Origin: Trypethelium eluteriae
Taxonomy: Eukaryota
Assembly (NCBI GenBank): GCA_051942245.1
Contig: JAVECL010000142.1
Location: 1-44,441 of the forward strand
Direction of reading: 5' to 3'
Length of the DNA: 44,441 bases
The notes beneath the pieces are model-generated. The model was given only the letters and a program-made list of their open reading frames with translations, made no database searches and had not been told where the DNA came from. Below are positions 34,901 through 44,441 of the stretch, piece after piece (position 1 is the first letter of the stretch; each line of letters opens with the position of its first letter). A program made the position numbers and the translations under genes.

Positions 34901-36405
34901 ATCTCCAAAGAGCCAGCCTGGTCAACGATGTATTTCTTCATATCAGTGTAGGTCGTGTCTTTGAGATAGATGATCGGGAATCGTATGGGGATTTGCGAAT
35001 TTAGCTCCTCAACAAAGTCAGCTCGAGATGTTATGAGCAGCTTAAGTCCTCCAGTCTCAAACGCGTGCGCTGAGGTGAAGGCTTTGACAAGGCTGAGTAA
35101 TTCGCTGCGTTCCTTGTCCTCCATTTCATGGATACCATCGAGCAGAACGAAAAATGTCGCTTTCTTATCGGAGCGATCGAGAAATAATTTCTGCCAGAGC
35201 TCGGAGATATCCCCCATATCTGGATCTTCTCTCAGAACTGCATAAATATCCTTCCGGTAGAACAGGTCGTTATTAACGATCTGCCAGGCCCACGCTCTTA
35301 GGGCATCTCCAATGGATGGACCGCCTCGTGAGCTCGGAGCATCTTTCTTGCCAACACGGTTGAGATAGTAGTACGCAACCGAAATTCTGCTTACATCGTT
35401 ATGACCCTGAGGATAGCGCATTAGGAGGTCACGGATAATGGCAGTCAACGTGTACGACTTGCCGAAACCTTCATCTCCTTTCAGCACTAATAAAGGCTCC
35501 TGATTATCCGTTGCATTGGACCAAGTTTGGTAAAGAGGATCGCCTTTGAGCCATGAGCAAGATTGTGGCTTCAGGTTGTCTCGGTTCATGCGGTATTCTT
35601 TGTCGGTATCAAAGTCCTCAATGCCGAGTTTCTTCATTATCTCGGAAAGTATTCTCTGATCAGCAGATCTGGCACTCAGCTGGCTCACTGACTCCAGAGT
35701 TTGGACTCCGGTTGTCTTGATGTCTTCGACACTGTCACCCATCTTGACGATATTCCGTTTATTGGTTTCAGATGCGACTAGGGTCAGGGCACCTTTCGTC
35801 TGCAGCTCTTGAGCTTCTAGAGATGCCAGATAGTCCAGTTGCTTCTTGATGCCACCATCGTCGCTGAACAGAGCCATGCGGAAGAATGATTTCGCTTTAT
35901 TTTCATTCAACTTCTTGATACACTTGCCGCAGATGGACACAATGGCGATCAAAAGCCTATTAGCCATATCGATCATTTCTGGTTCCATAACGCCCTCATG
36001 GTCGCGGTAGATTTGGAATCGCTCCATAATAGCGGCAATACGACCGAAGAGATCGTTGATGTTCTCCCCGATTTTCCCTACTTCGAGGCCAGCATCGATG
36101 AAAAAGGAAATTCCGCTCATTGCAATCGAGGCTGGGCTGCCAAAAACCATGGAGGCGCCTTGGGCGGCGATCTGGCCGACACGCTCAACGGCAACAACTG
36201 TATTGCTGATAGCCGTTTTTGCGCTCTCCCATTTGTGTTTCTTAGCGGCATCTCGAGCCTTTTGAGAATCGAATTGGGAATAGATATCTCGACCGCTTAT
36301 CGTCTTGCTCTCGGGTGTGGTTTTAAGATCGATTCCAGTGGCCTTTTGGAACTCCGCACAAGCATCATCCCAAGCACTCTGGAGACTTGGCGCTCTGGCC
36401 GCCAT
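31951..36405 (-). CDS. Fungal NLR-like STAND protein: Goodbye-like N-terminus, NACHT, TPR-like repeats, Cys/His-rich (ZZ-like) C-terminus. Exons 36405-33775, 33726-31951; ~1468 aa
   Basis: WDDACAEFQKATGIDL N-terminus; SCSWLKGDPLYQTWS, Walker A LVLKGDEGFGKS, AYYYL, Walker B FFVLLDGIHE, LLITSR, GNFL; TPR-like ALRNVGVTYRECGHISEAIDCLNQAL, LGRYEESRKLY; CSGDC..CYTC..C..CNPNHEF; 48-nt intron (GTCCAT..GCTAAT..CTAG) joins both ORFs in frame. Confidence 0.88.
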
Positions 36406-37195
36406 TCGGGAGAGCGTTGAGATATTTCAAGGGCTGCGGAGAGATGACATGACGATGGCTTCGATGAGATTACCTTCCATATGTACATATATCCACAGTC
36501 ATTAGCTCCGCTGCTCTACTGTCATCAGCCGGCTCAGCCCATTCTCAATTGGCATCCTTAATTTAGATCGATATTCTCACATAGACCATGAACGGTCATC
36601 GTCAGCATATTTTGTAGGCAGCAAGAAGCAGAAATGCAGAGCAGATGCCTTCATCGCCATGAAAAGCTGAAAGATTGATTCTCAAACGGGCTGGGTGTCC
36701 GTGCTGCTGCAAGGATGGGTAGATAGTGTATACGAAATTGGTATGGTCAACACTCTAATTAGCCTCTTGCAAAAAATTCCGGTGAAGATGGGAATCTCAG
36801 GCCAGTCGCGCCAACTAGCAATGCCTTGATTTAGGTACAGAGGGAGGCTTTTAATGTTAGTAAGCCTTGCACCTGATACAGCTACAAATGTCGTAACTAG
36901 GCAAGACCCTCCATGAAATGATTTCCCTCATATCTTACGCAAAGCTATCTATTCTGATTCAAAGTATGGAGGTATCAAGCGACTCAATTCGACACATACG
37001 ACACATCGCCAGAAAGACACGACCATAAGAACAGCGTGATTAAAGTTTTACCCGGATTGCATAAAGCTTGAAGGAGGGCGTTGCAGAGATCGTCCGACGG
37101 TTCTTGTTTGATACCCAACTGAGCTCTTATCCACGGTCTGTTATTGCCGTCGTGCTCCTAGAAGGCGTTGAGGCCGTGATAGCAGCCACACCTAA

Positions 37196-37912
37196 TCAGC
37201 ACCAGCATTTCCCATTCCAGACCTTGAGAAATGTCATTATGTCGAAACGTAGGACTGAATGTGTTTTCATTCGCTTCGCCGCTTTCTTCGGTCTCGAAGC
37301 TTTTTCAACTTCCTTGTGACTAGGTAGATCGACCAACTTGTCTCTGATCCAGCAGATGTACGTGCTCTTCATGATAGAGGACGTCTCCAAACAGTTTATC
37401 TCAGCTTGAAATGCTGTGCTATGGCTGGAAATGATATTCCCTTCCATGGAGTCGTTCTTCGCTTCCTCGAGATGAGATAGTCTAAACCTGTCCCCGGTAG
37501 TGAAGTGAGCCCTGGCACCGAGATTGACCCCCCAAAACACAATGGTCCTTAGTCTTTTGACATTGTCTTCACCAATCATGGATAACCAGAGCATAAGCTC
37601 GTCACCAATCCAGACTGGGGTAAAGCCGCACATGACAAACTGGACGCCGTTACAGATGTGACGTTTGTAAATTGACGTATGGAAGTCATTTTTCGTATAG
37701 AACACATCCAAAGACTCTGCGCGGATGAGACGGCAACAACGCGTGAGTGGGGGCTGCTGAAGCTGCATGTTGTTTCTTTCAATTACTGGAGAAACGTCGT
37801 TGGTACATAGGACGAGCTCGTAAATATGTTTGCGAATCTCAGTTGGTAGGTCCAGCAATGATCGTAAGGTCCCCCGGAGTCCCGGTGTACGGTTACTCGT
37901 TGACTCTTCCAT
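37196..37912 (-). CDS. F-box-like/2EXR-like N-terminal motif protein, 238 aa
   Basis: SLLDLPTEIRKHIYELVL..QPPLTRCCRLIRAESLDVFYTKNDF..WLSMIG pattern typical of expanded ascomycete F-box-like families. Confidence 0.75.
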   Translation of the reverse strand: MEESTSNRTPGLRGTLRSLLDLPTEIRKHIYELVLCTNDVSPVIERNNMQLQQPPLTRCCRLIRAESLDVFYTKNDFHTSIYKRHICNGVQFVMCGFTPVWIGDELMLWLSMIGEDNVKRLRTIVFWGVNLGARAHFTTGDRFRLSHLEEAKNDSMEGNIISSHSTAFQAEINCLETSSIMKSTYICWIRDKLVDLPSHKEVEKASRPKKAAKRMKTHSVLRFDIMTFLKVWNGKCWC

Positions 37913-37914
37913 GG

Positions 37915-38493
37915 TTACCGTTGGGGACGGAAGCTTTTGATAGGACGAATATGAACGAACGAGTGGATACAGAACTGCTTTTCTGCTTTGATGGAGTCAG
38001 TCTCTGTCTTTGGTATACAAATTTGTGCTATGAAGTTGGCATCGCTTGTGTCGATTCTGTGGGGTGTGGATGAGTGTTCCCGTAATCTAAAAGTAAAGAG
38101 AAGGCATTTAGTAGGAGCAGCTGGGGGGCATCTCTTCAATGATGTATCACATATTCCAGAAACTCTGGTCATGCAACGACCGCCAGATCTACTCACCAGT
38201 AGCCACTTCATTCGTTCCGGGCCGCCTATTGCAGAGACTGACGGAAGAAACCTAACTATGCTCTCCTCAGTAACATATTGACGAGAGTCATGCACCAGGT
38301 AGCCTGTCCTTTTGATCTTTTCTCGAAGGGTCCCGTCCTCGGGGTTCCCGCTCCAGAATGACAGCTGATGTTTGATATTAATACTTACCATCGCGTCAAT
38401 CAGAGTCGCTTTATTGGACGAGGCGATCGGGACTTCATAGCGAACTGCTTCTGGCGTTTCGACTACGATCCTAAGCCTTGCAGTATTCGGCAT
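37915..38493 (-). CDS. Orphan ORF, 192 aa; may be spliced or non-functional
   Basis: ATG-started 579-nt ORF with a strong internal donor (ATG/GTAAGT at 38388); no recognised motif. Confidence 0.3.
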   Translation of the reverse strand: MPNTARLRIVVETPEAVRYEVPIASSNKATLIDAMVSINIKHQLSFWSGNPEDGTLREKIKRTGYLVHDSRQYVTEESIVRFLPSVSAIGGPERMKWLLVSRSGGRCMTRVSGICDTSLKRCPPAAPTKCLLFTFRLREHSSTPHRIDTSDANFIAQICIPKTETDSIKAEKQFCIHSFVHIRPIKSFRPQR

Positions 38494-40103
38494 TGTGGCA
38501 TGGAACGGGTGCGTTTTACAGGTCTACAGAGCACTCGAGCAGCGCCAGCTCGTGGTGCGCGGTTGGTGATATATCACCATTGGGCATCATTGGGTGAAAT
38601 CAGGTCTTAGCGGACCCAGGAGAGTCGTGAGGCCAGACACGAAATATGAATATTGAAGCAAAACACGATTCATTCGCATGCTAAGAAGCAAGGCGCGCGA
38701 TTAGTGAAAAGGTTATGTAGAGAGGTACGAAGTGCTGCTTGGAAACAATGGAAATTTTTTCCGCTCGACGCATGCAGTTAGCGAATTCCTAGAGATCCGG
38801 TTGCCGCGGTTTCTGAAACTCTAAACGCTTCCATCTCCACTCACCTCCAATTACGGCACTTGGATTTCTGGGCCGCGTTCAGTTCCTCCAATATAATCAG
38901 TCGACATGACGCGCGTCTACTTCGCCGAAATCGGCGTAAAAAGAAAATAATATGTACCAGAAGACGGTGACACTCTGATTTGCTTTGTTCTACACATGCC
39001 CGGCGCACAGGTAGACTCATTGACTTTTCATTTTACGATCCTCGTGGACATTTTGCGGGATTGTGTGCAACGTCTGAGCGCATGGTACTGGGTTGACTCG
39101 ACAACCGTTCGGTTTGTGCTACTCTATCAATTCCTGCGAGCAGTTTAGTACGACAGCAGGACCGAAAAGGAAGTATGAATGTCATTCTACGAACGCCAGG
39201 TCTCTCTATACGACAATCCTGCGCGGCAAGTTCCTTCCTTAGGCCCGACGGCCCTCTCGCCGTCTCCGACCTCTTCTCACGAGTCAGGAAATATTTCCCG
39301 TATCGATACCTCTCTGCCCTCTCCTCCATCAGTGCTCCTTGGAGTACTGCCCAATGAACGAGCCAAAGACCTTCACACTTATCCTGTTCTCCCTGGCTAT
39401 ATGGCCATATGGCCCATGCCAGTCTTGCCATCGCCGCCGCGTTCGCTATCTTTTGTCAGTTATCGGGTAAACCGGCTTTGTACCCGCGAGTATAACCAAT
39501 ATCGCTCTGACCACAACAATTTCGATATGGGCGATGCTACAGGTAACGGAGAGACCAAGAAATGATTGGAACCTGAAGTGGATAACCTGGAGACTTAGTC
39601 ATGGCCTGTGGCTGTTGAGGTTAGGCTGCTAAACTTCAGTGTCTATTACCGAGCCCGGTAGGTTTTGATTGCGATAATCTTTCGGAGTCTTGGCGAGTGA
39701 AGCCTGCGATCGACCTAGAGGCTATGTTTCAAATGTCCTGGGGAAGAAGACTTGATATTGATGTGGACAAACGATGCCATCCCCAACATGCTAGGAAAGA
39801 TGCCAGTAGGATTGAAATCTGTGCAATATCTTCATGAACCAGGAAAGTTCCTGCAAGACATTGACAAACAATAAGATTTTCATTATTCGTTTGGGGTATA
39901 TCGGTTGACAAACAAGCACTTCTCTTCCTCAAGGTCCCCAGGTGTTGAAGATAGGATGAGTAGTGCACGAACAGTTGCACCATTCTCCCGACCTGCATGG
40001 CATTTTCCGATATTTTTACTAATCAATTCGTGGTGTCGCTCTTAACCTTGCCTGCCCAAGGGCGCGTAGCGAGAGGTGCAACTCTCCTTCCGTACCCTCA
40101 TAC

Positions 40104-40998
40104 TCAATCGTCGAGTCTCCAATTGATGGCCCCATCTTCAACAACCAGCTTATGCATGCTGAAATCGATGCTTTCATACATTTCTTTTGCGGCCTGCCTT
40201 GCCTGCGCGTGCCAAGGTCCACGTCCACCAATCCTTGCATCTTCCCGGTTTCGCCATATGCCTGGATCACTGTTAGCGTATTCTAAGTGTTCCAAAAACA
40301 CTCAATGCTCCACCTGACTGAGGTAGAAACAGAAGAAAAAACATACAAGTGGCCAAGTTTCGGTTTCGACCATCTGTCTTTCCGAACCAGTACTTTAGCA
40401 GTCCACCACTCGCACATGCCTCAGCGTGGGAATGCTGGTCAAGCTCGCCCAGTCTCTTCCTATCGACATCTTGCTTGAGCTTGGAACGGAAGATCACGAC
40501 ATAGAACTCTTGCTCTTGCCACTCAAAATTTGCATCACGACGCATTTGGCGTAACATGTGGAAGACAATATGCCAATTGAAGCTTTCGAGGTAAGGCGCT
40601 GTCGCATAATCGGATCTTATGGGCTCAAGGAAGGTGAGGGCAAGAGCAAGTAGACGGTTAGGCGTTGACAGTCCACGAAGGTCGAGGAAATTTTGGTAGT
40701 CTGCGTACGGAGACGCCTGGAGGTGGTCCTCGTCAATTTGGAAGGACTTCAGATCAGAGAGACCTCGCTCAAGGCGAGTTCCGCCCGACTTAGCAGAAAT
40801 GCCCTTAGGGTTCGGCAGATTGGGGTGGCGGTCTGCCAGAGGTGGAATAATTTCAGTGTTGATGAAGATGGTGGATGCCATGTCCTCCTTGTTGCTCAGA
40901 AATTGGAAGCCTCCAAGTTCGGTGAAGCGAAGGAAAGCTTTACTTGGAGAATGAAGGAGCGTGGGACTTTGTACGTGCCGGCCGTACGTCGTTTCCAT
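40104..40998 (-). CDS. UPF0643-like conserved fungal protein. Exons 40998-40347, 40261-40104; ~269 aa
   Basis: DYATAPYLESFNW, FYVVIFRS, LDQHSHAEACASGGLLKYWFG, NLATC/IWRNREDARIGGRGPWH; intron 40346-40262 (GTATGT..GCTAAC..CCAG) joins in frame. Confidence 0.85.
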
Positions 40999-41893
40999 AA
41001 TTATTACAGGGCTGTGAGAAAGTTACCGGAACTACATGCAGGACTGCCATGGTTATGTTGAAGTATCTGTGAGCAAGAAACGAAGGTGCAATTGCGACGC
41101 AGGCTTTGTTTGAGCACGCATTCTTGCCTACAAATTCCGTGAAATGGCGCAATTGCAAACTATGAATTTACGAAACGCACCAACATACCGCAAGCCAGCA
41201 GATCAGAGGACAGATTGTTACCAATGCACCCGCAGTCGGGACAGCGTTGACAAGAAGACCCACCTGCTTCTGCTTGAACGCTAGTTCTGACTAAGGGAGG
41301 GTCGAGCTTGGTGAGCACGTCAAATGTCGTTTGTACCATCCAGACGTGACCGCCATTTGGTTGACACTATCTGTCAGCCCAAGTCTCGCGATGCATGACA
41401 TCACGGGCGCCGGAACCGTGTTGTGTAGGGAGGGTTGGAGATAAAGGTGCCTATCTCAGTTGAACGGGCATGAGGTTGGTCGGCTCCTCCGCAACCAATT
41501 GTGGGAGAGGATATCCATCGTGATAGAAGAAGACGAGGAAAGGTGAACACTGAAATGGTGCCGCATTCCGTGTCTAGGCTCATTAGCGATTAACGTTAGG
41601 TTTCGGCCCTGACCGCCCTTGCATAAGCCAAGGTATACATATGTACTTCGTATCCGTCCTAATTAATTCCATGACTCTCCAACCCGGAGAAGCCCGATTT
41701 GTCCCATTTCACCACTGTGGCTTCCCACGCCTCCTACACCTCAATTGCGTGCCCGCATCTCTCATCTCGATTTGGCCGGGCTATCCTGCGGCTTCAACAA
41801 CCCGCGTCGTATCAAGAGCAGTTACTGCCGCTCTCGGCGTCGATCTTGATGTTTGAGACCAACTGAATGCTCCCAAACATATCTCGTTGTTGT

Positions 41894-43058
41894 CTAACGT
41901 GTCCATCTATTGTTATCGAAAAGTTGATGGCGCCTGACGAGAAGAACACGAATAGGCCGGGATGTTAACTTCAAGCTAGGAAACAGGGACGTGTCTGCCT
42001 CGACATGCGACGTCCAGTTGTTGCAAACGCCAGCAGGGACATCATGATCTTGCCTTGATCGATGCTGGCGTTGGTAGACCAGCGAATGAAAGTGCTGCTT
42101 CCCTTTATCGTAAACGTGATGATAGCCGATGGGCAACCCAGGCTTTGGCTGCGAAATGTAGGAAGGGCCAGTCAGGTACTGCATGCAAGTTCAATGGGGT
42201 AAGGTGGCAGTAATTCTAGTGATTGGATCATACGTACCGAAGCCGCTTCTGGATTTCTTCTACTATTCCGCCTTAGCTCCAGTCCATGTAAGTCGCCGGC
42301 TGACCTATCATGACAATCGTGGACTTTCTTCTGCAAGATTATGCACCCAAGCTGGAGAGAATTGACAGCAGTAGCTTCCCCACGGCCATTATATTTGCAC
42401 CAAGGGCCTACACGGAAAGGATTCCTTCAACAGTAATAAACGCCAGACTATCAGACAAGATCTTATGTCCTGGGGACGTCCATATGATAGTACAAAACCG
42501 CCAAGCGAAGTAAGCCTGCATTCCCAATATTTGTTTAGGAAACTGTCTGACAAAATCTTCATAGACCAGTGTAATGAGTGAGCCACCGCTGGTAGCAACA
42601 TTCAAGTCTCTCCCTTACACATTGAGCTTCCGTATCCTCCTTGCACGTTCTGCGCGTGCCAACCATATGTCCTGATTCTCAGAGGAAACTTTAGCCTTTT
42701 CCCATACGATCTCATCTGCCGCCTGATTGTTGGCTACGCTCATGATCTCCGCAGCACGTCGCACCAACAATGAGCATGCTAATGTCGTTTTGGACTGCTC
42801 ATCCATACTGAGCTTCAGCACCGCCCCAGTGAGTGCTTCAAGGATCACCTCCATGGCCGCGTTCCGACATTTACGAAGGGCGTCCGCGTCGGCGTCTTTC
42901 TCCTCGTTGTCCGGAATGCGAGAAAGGGGGATGACCATTTGCGTTTTGAAGGCTTCTTTTAGCTGGGGCTTCATTTTGTGGAAAACAGCCAGGCAGACAT
43001 CATTGGTCGTCGTACCGTAAAACCGCTCCATGTCAACCATTGGATACTGGCTAACCAC
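41894..43058 (-). pseudogene. Probable decayed gene of unknown family
   Basis: 147-aa and 65-aa ORFs lie in the same frame separated by one TAA (42615-42617); further in-frame TAG/TAA at 42408, 42339, 42273; possible intron (GTATGA..TGCAG) into the 41894-42184 frame. Confidence 0.4.
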
Positions 43059-43670
43059 GAAGCGACTTAGGCTGTCCGAAATCTGAAATTAGACGTGGTG
43101 TAGTGGTGAATTGTGGCCCGACTGCCACTACTGAGATGGCTTCTGCTAAAGTTGTCTGATACCTCTTGCTGCCAAACTGCTCAGACGTTGTTGATTGATG
43201 AATGGATTCAATGAGGAATATTCTTTGCCTTGACCTTCAGATATACTCGCCGCATTTTAATATAGTTCAGAGAAATTGCGTAGACGAATAGCAAACAATC
43301 ACACCTGCAATCGCTCTTTCAGCGTTTCAGATATAGAACCTTTGTTAACGAACGGAGTTTGTTTAGAGACACCAGTTTACATCCGTCTCGGCTTCGGTAC
43401 CTGAGAACCTGATCAACACCATTCTCAAAGAAGAATAGGAGCCTGTTTACCCTTCAGCTAACAAAACAGAAATCTCTTACCTCTCTTAGGGGTATATTGA
43501 ATGCAATGTACTGGAGTTCAATAGTCACTGTTTTTACCTGTAACTGTGGTTAATGTAGCAAAATCCAGCCGGAAAAAGACGTTCCAGGTCCAAACAGCAA
43601 GTCCTCATCATCTCTCTGTAAAAAAACACTCCTTACTTGAGAGCCCATATCCCGCTCTTCTTCAAAATCG

Positions 43671-43855
43671 TACCTTACGGCGGCTGGGGGTTTCCTCAAC
43701 TGATAATTAATACAATGTTATTTTAACCTTGCTGTTATGACCTTGTTGGCCCATGTCAACACCGTCTTAACATGGGCCAACATGGTCATAACAGTTAAAC
43801 TGAGGTAACATTGTATTAATTACTAGTTGAGGAACCCCGCAGCCGCCGTAAGGTA
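43671..43855. mobile_element. Palindromic hairpin/foldback element, MITE-like, 181 bp plus flanking TA dinucleotides
   Basis: TA-CCTTACGGCGGCTG...CAGCCGCCGTAAGG-TA perfect termini; the two arms align without gaps to the centre (TTCCTCAACT, TAATTAATACAATGTTA, CTGTTATGACC, TGTTGGCCCATGT blocks); no ORF. Confidence 0.8.
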
Positions 43856-44038
43856 GGCAAACAGGGCTTACTCAAACACGGTTCGACACAGCAAACGATT
43901 TCACATCATCGGCATCCAATACCCCTTCATTGAAACTCATCATAGACACTAAGAAGAGACCCTCCCCCATCCTCCGATCTACAAACAAACTCCCCCATAA
44001 AGTCCGCCTAAAACCCAGGCACCCCCCAGCAAGAAGAC

Positions 44039-44441
44039 CTAGTACCCCAGACAACCACTCTGCTCCACCACCTCCTGCATCCCACCCCCCCACTCCATCA
44101 CCTCCTCCAACTGCTGCTCCAACCACCCAATCTCCTCCTCCAATAAGCTCTGCAACATCACCATTTCCTCCCAGGTCACCCCCAGCAGCGCCCACATCTC
44201 ACCCCGATCCTGCTCTCTCCACTCGCCGCCGCTCGCCAAACACCCGCTGTGCATGCCCGCAATGAGGTCCTCCACGATCGACGCGAACTGCCGGCCCGCA
44301 AACAGCTGGAAGTAGGTCGCGGGCGTCGCGGCGTGTGCGCGGGGCGAGAGCTCCAGTCGGCGGATGAAGGACAGGAAGTGCGCGTCTGCTACCGTCGGGC
44401 GGAGATACGCGTGGAGCCGGGAGATGGTGTGGGAGGGGGGT
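44039..44441 (-). CDS. 3' end of a hypothetical protein running in from the right edge
   Basis: Open frame from 44440 to TAG at 44039: PPSHTISRLHAYLRPTVADAHFLSFIRRLELS..YFQLFAGRQFASIVEDLIAG..LLEEEIGWLEQQLEE..GCLGY*, high GC at third positions. Confidence 0.55.
   Translation of the reverse strand, partial: PPSHTISRLHAYLRPTVADAHFLSFIRRLELSPRAHAATPATYFQLFAGRQFASIVEDLIAGMHSGCLASGGEWREQDRGEMWALLGVTWEEMVMLQSLLEEEIGWLEQQLEEVMEWGGGMQEVVEQSGCLGY

Noticed and set aside
36300..37200. NLR-linked amyloid signalling motif or adjacent HeLo/gasdermin effector gene
   Set aside because: No G/N/Q-rich motif at the NLR N-terminus and no effector-like ORF beside it
42408..42410. Premature TAG rescued by A-to-I editing
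   Set aside because: Neighbouring in-frame stops are TAA and numerous; decay or non-coding sequence is simpler
43930..44265. Pro-rich + strand ORF and Gly-rich - strand ORF (43872-44195)
   Set aside because: By-products of C/G skew; the 44039 frame looks more protein-like
1..44441. Prokaryotic features (CRISPR, operons, defence systems) or a secondary-metabolite cluster
   Set aside because: Intron-containing fungal genes; no repeat-spacer array, no PKS/NRPS/terpene backbone, no transposase or tyrosine-recombinase captain seen

Overview
Eukaryotic DNA from a filamentous ascomycete (Pezizomycotina; Dothideomycetes is a guess), with short spliceosomal introns (GT..CTRAY..YAG). The left two-thirds holds conserved genes: 5' part of ADA1/HFI1, VAC7, an ankyrin+DIL protein, a ~2400-aa group X (CHK1/Mak-type) hybrid histidine kinase with one GC-AG intron, a Ser/Thr-rich single-pass membrane protein, a patatin-like phospholipase, UBA4, a small two-exon gene missed by the ORF track, and a small SET-domain protein. 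The right third looks more accessory: a Goodbye-NACHT-TPR NLR-like gene, an F-box-like orphan, a UPF0643-like gene, probable decayed genes and a ~185-bp TA-flanked palindromic MITE-like element. A recurring non-genic pattern is a set of ~0.5-1.1 kb GC-rich islands that are C-rich on the left and G-rich on the right irrespective of gene strand. No rRNA, tRNA or CRISPR was found. All exon models were built by eye and all family calls are from motif recognition, not database searches. I did not find a clearly new multi-gene system; the skew islands and the hairpin element are the best leads.
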